In this document: positions 58,335-64,000 of the stretch, in pieces
Layout: every line of letters begins with the position of its first letter
Position numbering within the stretch: position 1 is the first letter of the stretch
DNA from: Narcine bancroftii
Lineage: Eukaryota
Length of the DNA stretch: 64,000 nucleotides
Reading direction: 5' to 3'
Assembly: GCF_036971445.1 (NCBI RefSeq)
Contig: NC_091470.1
Location: 11,780,001 to 11,844,000, forward strand
The notes under the pieces: generated by a model
Databases searched by the model: none
What the model saw: the letters and a program-made list of their open reading frames with translations, nothing else
What the model was told of the DNA's origin: nothing
Program-made: the position numbers and the translations under genes

Positions 58335-60330
58335 GAATACACAGATCGGAGTGGGGAACGCAGGTCGGGGTGGGTACATAGAGCGGGATGGGTACACAGG
58401 TCGGGGTGGGTACACAGATTGTAATGTGTACACAGGTCAGGGTGGTTACACAGATCAGGGTGGGTACACAGGTCGGAGTGGGTATCCTGCCACAGGTTGT
58501 GGCAGGATATGCAGGCCGGAGTGGGGTACACAGGTCGGGGTGGGTACATAGATCAGGGTGGGTACACAGATTGTAATGTGTACACAGGTCAGGGTGGTTA
58601 CACAGATCAGGGTGGGTACACAGGTCGGAGTGGGGTACACAGGTTGTGGCAGGATATGCAGGCCGGAGTGGGGTACGGTCAGGGGGGGTACATAGATCAG
58701 GGTGGGTACACAGATTATAGCGGGGGGTACACAGATCAGGGTGGGTACACAGGTCAGTGTGGGTATACAAATTGTAATGGGTACACAGGTCAGGGTGGAT
58801 ACACATGTCAGGGTGGATACACAGGTCAGAGTGGGGTACACAGGTCGGGTGGGTACACAGGTCGTGTGGATACACAGGTCAGGGTGGGGTACACAGGTTG
58901 TGGTAGGATACGCAGGCCAGTGTGGGGTACACAGATTGGGGTGGGGTACACAGGTTGTGGCAGGATATGCAGGCCGGAGTGGGGTACACAGGTCAGGGTG
59001 GGTACATAGATTGTAGTGGGTAAACAAGTCAGGGTGCATACACATGTCAGGGTGGATACACAGGTCAGAGTGGGGTACACAGGTCGGGTGGGTACACAGA
59101 TTAGGGTGGATACACAGGTCAGGGTGGGGTACACAGGTTGTGGTAGGATACGCAGGCCAGCGTTGGGTACACAGATTGGGATGGAGTACACAGGTTGTAG
59201 CAGGATATGCAGGCCGGAGTGGGGTACACAGGTCGGGGTGGGTACATAGATGAGGGTGGGTACACAGATTGTAGTGGGTGGTACACAGGTTGGGTGGGTA
59301 CATAGATCAGGGTGGGTACACAGGTCAGGTGGGTACACATGTAGTGGGTATACAAGTCAGGGTGGATACACAGGTCAGGGTGGATACACAGGTCGGAGTG
59401 GGGTACACAGGTCGGGTGGGTACGCAGATCAGGGTGGGTACACAGGTCAGGATGAGTGCACAGATTGTAGTGGGTACAAGTCAGGGTGGATACACAGGTC
59501 AGGGTGGAGACACAGATTGGGGTATATACACAGGTCGGAGTGGGGTACACAGGTCAGGGTGGATACACAGGTCAAGGTGGGTACACAGGTCAGGGTGGGT
59601 ACATAGATCGGGCTGTGTAGACAGATTGTAGTGGGTACACAGGTCAGGATGAGTGCACAGATTGTAGTGGGTACAAGTCAGGGTGGATACACAGGTCAGG
59701 GTGGAGACACAGATTGGGGTGGATACACAGGTCAGAGTGGGGTACACAGGTCAGGGTGGATACACAGGTCAAGGTGGGTACACAGGTCAGGGTGGGTACA
59801 TAGATCGGGCTGTGTAGACAGATTGTAGTGGGTACACAGGTCGGGGTGGGTACACAGATCAGGGTGGCTACACAGGTCGGAGTGGGGTACACAGGATGTG
59901 GCAGGAAATGCAGGCCAGAGTGGGGTACACAGGTCGGGGTGGGTACATAGATCAGGGTGGGTACACAGGTCAGGGTGAGTGCACAGATTGTAGTGGGTAC
60001 GTCAGGGTGGATACACAGGTCAGGGTGGAGACACAGATTGGGGTGGATACATAGGTCAGAGTGGGGTACACAGGTCAAGGTGGGTACACAGGTCAGGGTG
60101 GGTACATAGATCGGGGTGTGTAGACAGATTGTAGTGGGTACACAGGTCGGGGTTGGTACACAGATCAGGGTGGGTTCACAGGTCGGAGTGGGGTACACAG
60201 GTTGTGGCAGGATATGCGGGCTTGAGTGGGGTACACAGGTCGGGGTGGGTACACAGATTGTATTGGGTACACAGGTTGAAGTGGGTACACAAGCTGGAGT
60301 GGTACACAAGTCGGGGCAGGATACGCAGGC
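58335..60330. repeat. ~18-bp-subunit minisatellite (gggtgggtacacaggtca)
   Basis: Visible periodicity; source of the LCTHPD/GGYT pseudo-ORFs. Confidence 0.92.
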
Positions 60331-60759
60331 CGAGTGAGCACAGTTCAGTGGGATACACAAGACAGACAGTTATACACAGATCCGAGTGCTGACTCCCACT
60401 GTGCAGCCCACACAAAAGCTGCAGAATCTCAGCAGGTGGGAAGGGGAGATGAAAAGGAGGTGAGAATTAATATTGGGAGAGGGAGGGGAAGGGGTGGGGA
60501 GAGATCTGGATGAAAGGAGACATGAGAGGGAGTGTCTGAGGGAAGTGGAGGAGTGGAGGGGAAGTCATGTTGTGTGAAGGACAACTCTTCACCTCGCACT
60601 CTACTGCCTCCTCCACCTATGGTGGTCTGGTTCGAGGGGCTCTGTCTGGGTTCGGGGGAGGGTTGTTCAGGGGGGACTTCCCCTGTGGGTCGTCCCATCC
60701 ATCTGCCCTGTCTGGTCACACTGACTTGTGCCCTCTCTCCACAGCTCGCTGGTTGGCTG

Positions 60760-62511
60760 ATGGGTCCCCACCTGCACATGGACGTGGTCTCCCCCTGCTC
60801 GAAGGGTAGGAACTGCAGCAAGCTGCCCCCCATCAGCCGGCGACCCCCCGAGCCTGTGGCCCCCCTGACCAGGCTGGACCTGCTGAAGGAACAGTTGCAC
60901 CAGAAGCTCGAGATGGAGAAGCAGGCCAAACTGACCACCATTTACAGGATGCAGTACCAACAGGCTCTCCAGCGCTTGCGGACCACCTGCCTGCAGCAAG
61001 CCCACCTCGTACCCCGCTGGGCACCCGGACCACGAGGCAAGAGGGGCCCTGGCATTGACAGGTCCCACTCTCTGAAGCCCCTTGAGCCCCCAGGGTCTGT
61101 GGTCTCTAACGCCCCTGACCGGCCCAGGGACAGGGAGCTAGAGGGACAGTCTCCTGGCATCCCCCTCACCACAGCTCAGCCACGCTGCAGGGACCAGGAG
61201 CAGGAACAGCTGCATTCCCCTGCCGGATGGGGGCTAGGCCACGACCCACTCTGGAGCCACTGCCTGATGCTGCGGCTCTCCCACAGGGAGAGCCTCGTCC
61301 AGCAGCAGCTGAGGAACATCGAGGAGGAGTTGTGGCAGATCCAGAGTCAGCGTGAAGAATCCAGAGAGGGGATGGGGGACTGGGAAAGGTCAATGGGGCA
61401 GAAAGTAGAGGGGGAGAGGTCACGGAAAGAGAGGTCACACAGAGTGAGGTCAGCGAGGGCAGAGGGGAAGAGGTCAGAGAGAAAGAGGTCGGAGAGATCA
61501 GGGAGGTTGGAGAGGAAGAGGTCAGGGAGGTCAGAGGGGGAGAGATCAGAAGGGGAGAGGTCAGAAGGGGACTGGGAGAGGTCAGAAGGGGACTGGGAGA
61601 GGTCAGAGAGGATGGGGAGAAAGAAGTCAGGGAAATCAAAGGGGGAGAGATCAGAGCAAGTGAGGGCAGGGAGGTTGGAGAGGAAGAGGTCAGGGAGGAC
61701 AGAGGGGGAGAGGTCAGAGGCAGGGGAGTCAGAGGGGGAGAGGTCAGAGGCAGGGGAGTCAGAGGGGGAGAGGTCAGAGGCAGGGGAGTCAGAGGGGGAG
61801 AGGCTATGGAGAGAGAGGTCATGCCGGTCAGAGGGGAAGAGGTCAGGGAGGTTGGAATGGGAGAGGACAGGGAGAAAGAGGTTGGAGGGGGACAGGTCAG
61901 GGAGGTCAGAGAGAAGGAGGTCGGAGGGGGAGTGTTCAGGGAGACTGGAGAGGGAGAGGTCAGGGAGGACGAATTCAGGGAGGGAGAGGGCCGTGCTGGA
62001 GAAAGGGACGATTGAGCAGGAAAATTGGGAGAGAAAAGATAAAGAAAGGCTGGGAGAGGCACAGAGAGAGAGGGACAAACTGCGAAGGAGCAGAGGGCAT
62101 GGCAGGGAGTGGGGGGCTGAGGACGCCCTCAGGGAGAAAGGAGTGAACAGAGGAGCAGAAGTTACAGAGGAGAGCTGCTGGTCAGTGGAGCAAGAGAGAC
62201 ACAGCAAGCTGCTGGCAGACGACAGGGAGGCTGTGCGTGGAGAGGCAGGCACACGGGACAAGGGCACTGAGGGGGCAGAGAAGAGAGGAGGCAGTTATAC
62301 GACAGAGTGGAATGGACACTATTCTCCAGAGGAGAAAACTCACTGCTCCTTCTGTGGAAGACGCTTCGTGCTTGACCGCCTGGAAACGCACATGGAGATC
62401 TGCAGGAAGGTCCACAGACGGAAAAGGAAAGTCTACGATTCAGCACTGAAGAGAGCGAAGGGGACGGACCTGGAGAACTACCAGTGCAGCCACAAGGTCA
62501 TCCCTGTCCCG
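60760..62511 (+). CDS. ZC2HC1C: Zinc finger C2HC domain-containing protein 1C, large coding exon (exon starts 60745; gene probably continues beyond the window)
   Basis: ctccacag acceptor; C2HC finger CSFCGRRF...HMEIC followed by KRKVYDSALKRAKGTDLE (ZC2HC1/FAM164 signature); GIDRSHSLKPL; donor CCG|gtgagg in phase 0 (read-through stop at 62553 if unspliced). Confidence 0.85.
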
Positions 62512-62584
62512 GTGAGGAAAGGGAGGCTCCATCAGAACCGATCCCCATCTTAGAGGGAGTCCACCTATCCGAACTCGTAACACA

Positions 62585-64000
62585 CCTGTCCCAATCAACG
62601 CAGTATCCCAGTGTTACACAGTGACAGACCCGTCCCCATCAGTACTGCACCCCAGTGTTACACAGTGTCAGTCCCGTCCCCATCAAACCATTACCCCAGT
62701 GGTATACAGTGACAGCCCTGTCCCTACCAGTACTGCACCCCAGTGTTACACAGTGACAGTCCCGTCCCCATAATCCAGTACCCCAGTGTTATACAGTATC
62801 AGTCCTGTCCCTACCAGAACTGCACCCCAGTGATACACAGTGTAAGTCTCGTTCCCACCAGTACAGTACCCCAGTGTTACACAGTGACAGTCCCATCCCC
62901 GTCAGTACTGCACCCCAGTGTCACACAGTGACAGTCCTGACCCATCAATCCATTACCTCAGTGGTATACAGTGACAGACCTGTCCCTACCAGTACTGCAC
63001 CCCAGTGTTACACAATGTAAGTCCCGTTCCCACCAGAACAGTACACCAGTGTTACACAGTGACAGTCCCATCCCCGTCAGTACTTCACCCCAGTGTTACA
63101 CAGTGACAGTCCTGTCCCCATCAATCCATTACCCAGTGTTATACAGCGAGAGTACTGTCCCTACCAGTATTGCACCCCAGTTTCACACAGTGACAGACTC
63201 GTCCACACCAGTACTGTTCCCCTGTGTTACACAGTAACAGACCGTCCCCACCAGTACTGTTCCCCTGTGTTACACAGTAACAGACCATCCCCACCAGTAC
63301 TGTACCCCAGTGTGACTCCGTAACAGACCGTCTCCATCAGTATGGTACTCCAGCGTTACATAGTGACAGCCCCTTCCCCACCAGTACTGCACTCCAGTGT
63401 TACATAGTGACAGACTCATCCCCACCGATACAGTTCCCCAGTGTTACACAGTGACAGACTCGTACCCACCAGTTCTGTACCCAGTGTTACTCAGTTACTG
63501 ACCATTCCTCAACAGTACTGTACCCCAGAATTACACAGTGACAGACCCCACCCCACCAGTACTGCACCCCAATGTTACTCAGTAACAGAACGTCCCCAGC
63601 AGTACTGTTCCCCAGTGTTACTCCGTAAAAGACCGTCCCCACCAGTACTGTTCCCCAGTGTTACTCCGTAAAAGACCGTCCCCACCAGTACTGTTCCCCA
63701 GTGTTACTCCGTAAAAGACCGTCCCCACCAGTACTGTTCCCCAGTGTTACTCCGTAAAAGACCGTCCCCACCAGTACTGTTCCCCAGTGTTAAACAGTGA
63801 CAGACCCGTCCCCACCAGTACTGTACCCCAGTGTAACACAGTGACAGATCTGTCCCCACCAGTACTGTTCCCCAGTGTTACACAGTCACAGACACATCCC
63901 CACCAGTACTGTACCCCAGTGTAACACAGTGACAGATCTGTCCCCACCAGTACTGTACCCTAGTGTTACACAGTGACAGACTCGTCCCCACCAGTACTGT
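62585..64000. repeat. ~43-bp minisatellite (cccaccagtactgtaccccagtgttacacagtgacagaccgtc)
   Basis: Visible periodicity to the window end. Confidence 0.92.

Noticed and set aside
58221-60415. Cys/His-rich (LCTHPD) ORFs resembling keratin-associated or metal-binding proteins
   Set aside because: Translations of an intronic 18-bp minisatellite with frequent frame breaks on both strands
60532-60759. N-terminal part of the 673-aa ORF
   Set aside because: Starts at GTG upstream of a good acceptor (60744), so it is mostly intronic; the first exonic ATG is at 60760

Overview
Vertebrate genomic DNA, very probably a cartilaginous fish (inferred from the CR1/L1/RTE and satellite content, not proven). 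631-8939 (- strand) is a young, complete 8.3-kb gamma-type (class I, HERV-I/ERV3-like) endogenous retrovirus. It has near-identical LTRs, a 5-bp TSD, a perfect tRNA-Pro PBS, intact gag and env, a UAG-readthrough pseudoknot, and a pol broken by a single in-frame stop. Two host genes lie on the + strand. GPATCH2L has its promoter at ~11.2 kb and 9 coding exons at 12578-38206. ZC2HC1C has an RFX/forkhead-type promoter at ~54.5 kb and a large coding exon at 60760-62511. GPATCH2L intron 2 (21 kb) holds a 6.4-kb 53-bp satellite and a decayed L1 with nested RTE, Gypsy and CR1 insertions. The most unusual host-side feature is also in this intron: a tandem array of ~15 copies of the exon-3 branch point/3' splice site placed directly in front of the real one. 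The rest is LINE remnants and many minisatellites. Coordinates were read by eye; TE and repeat boundaries without a TSD are approximate.
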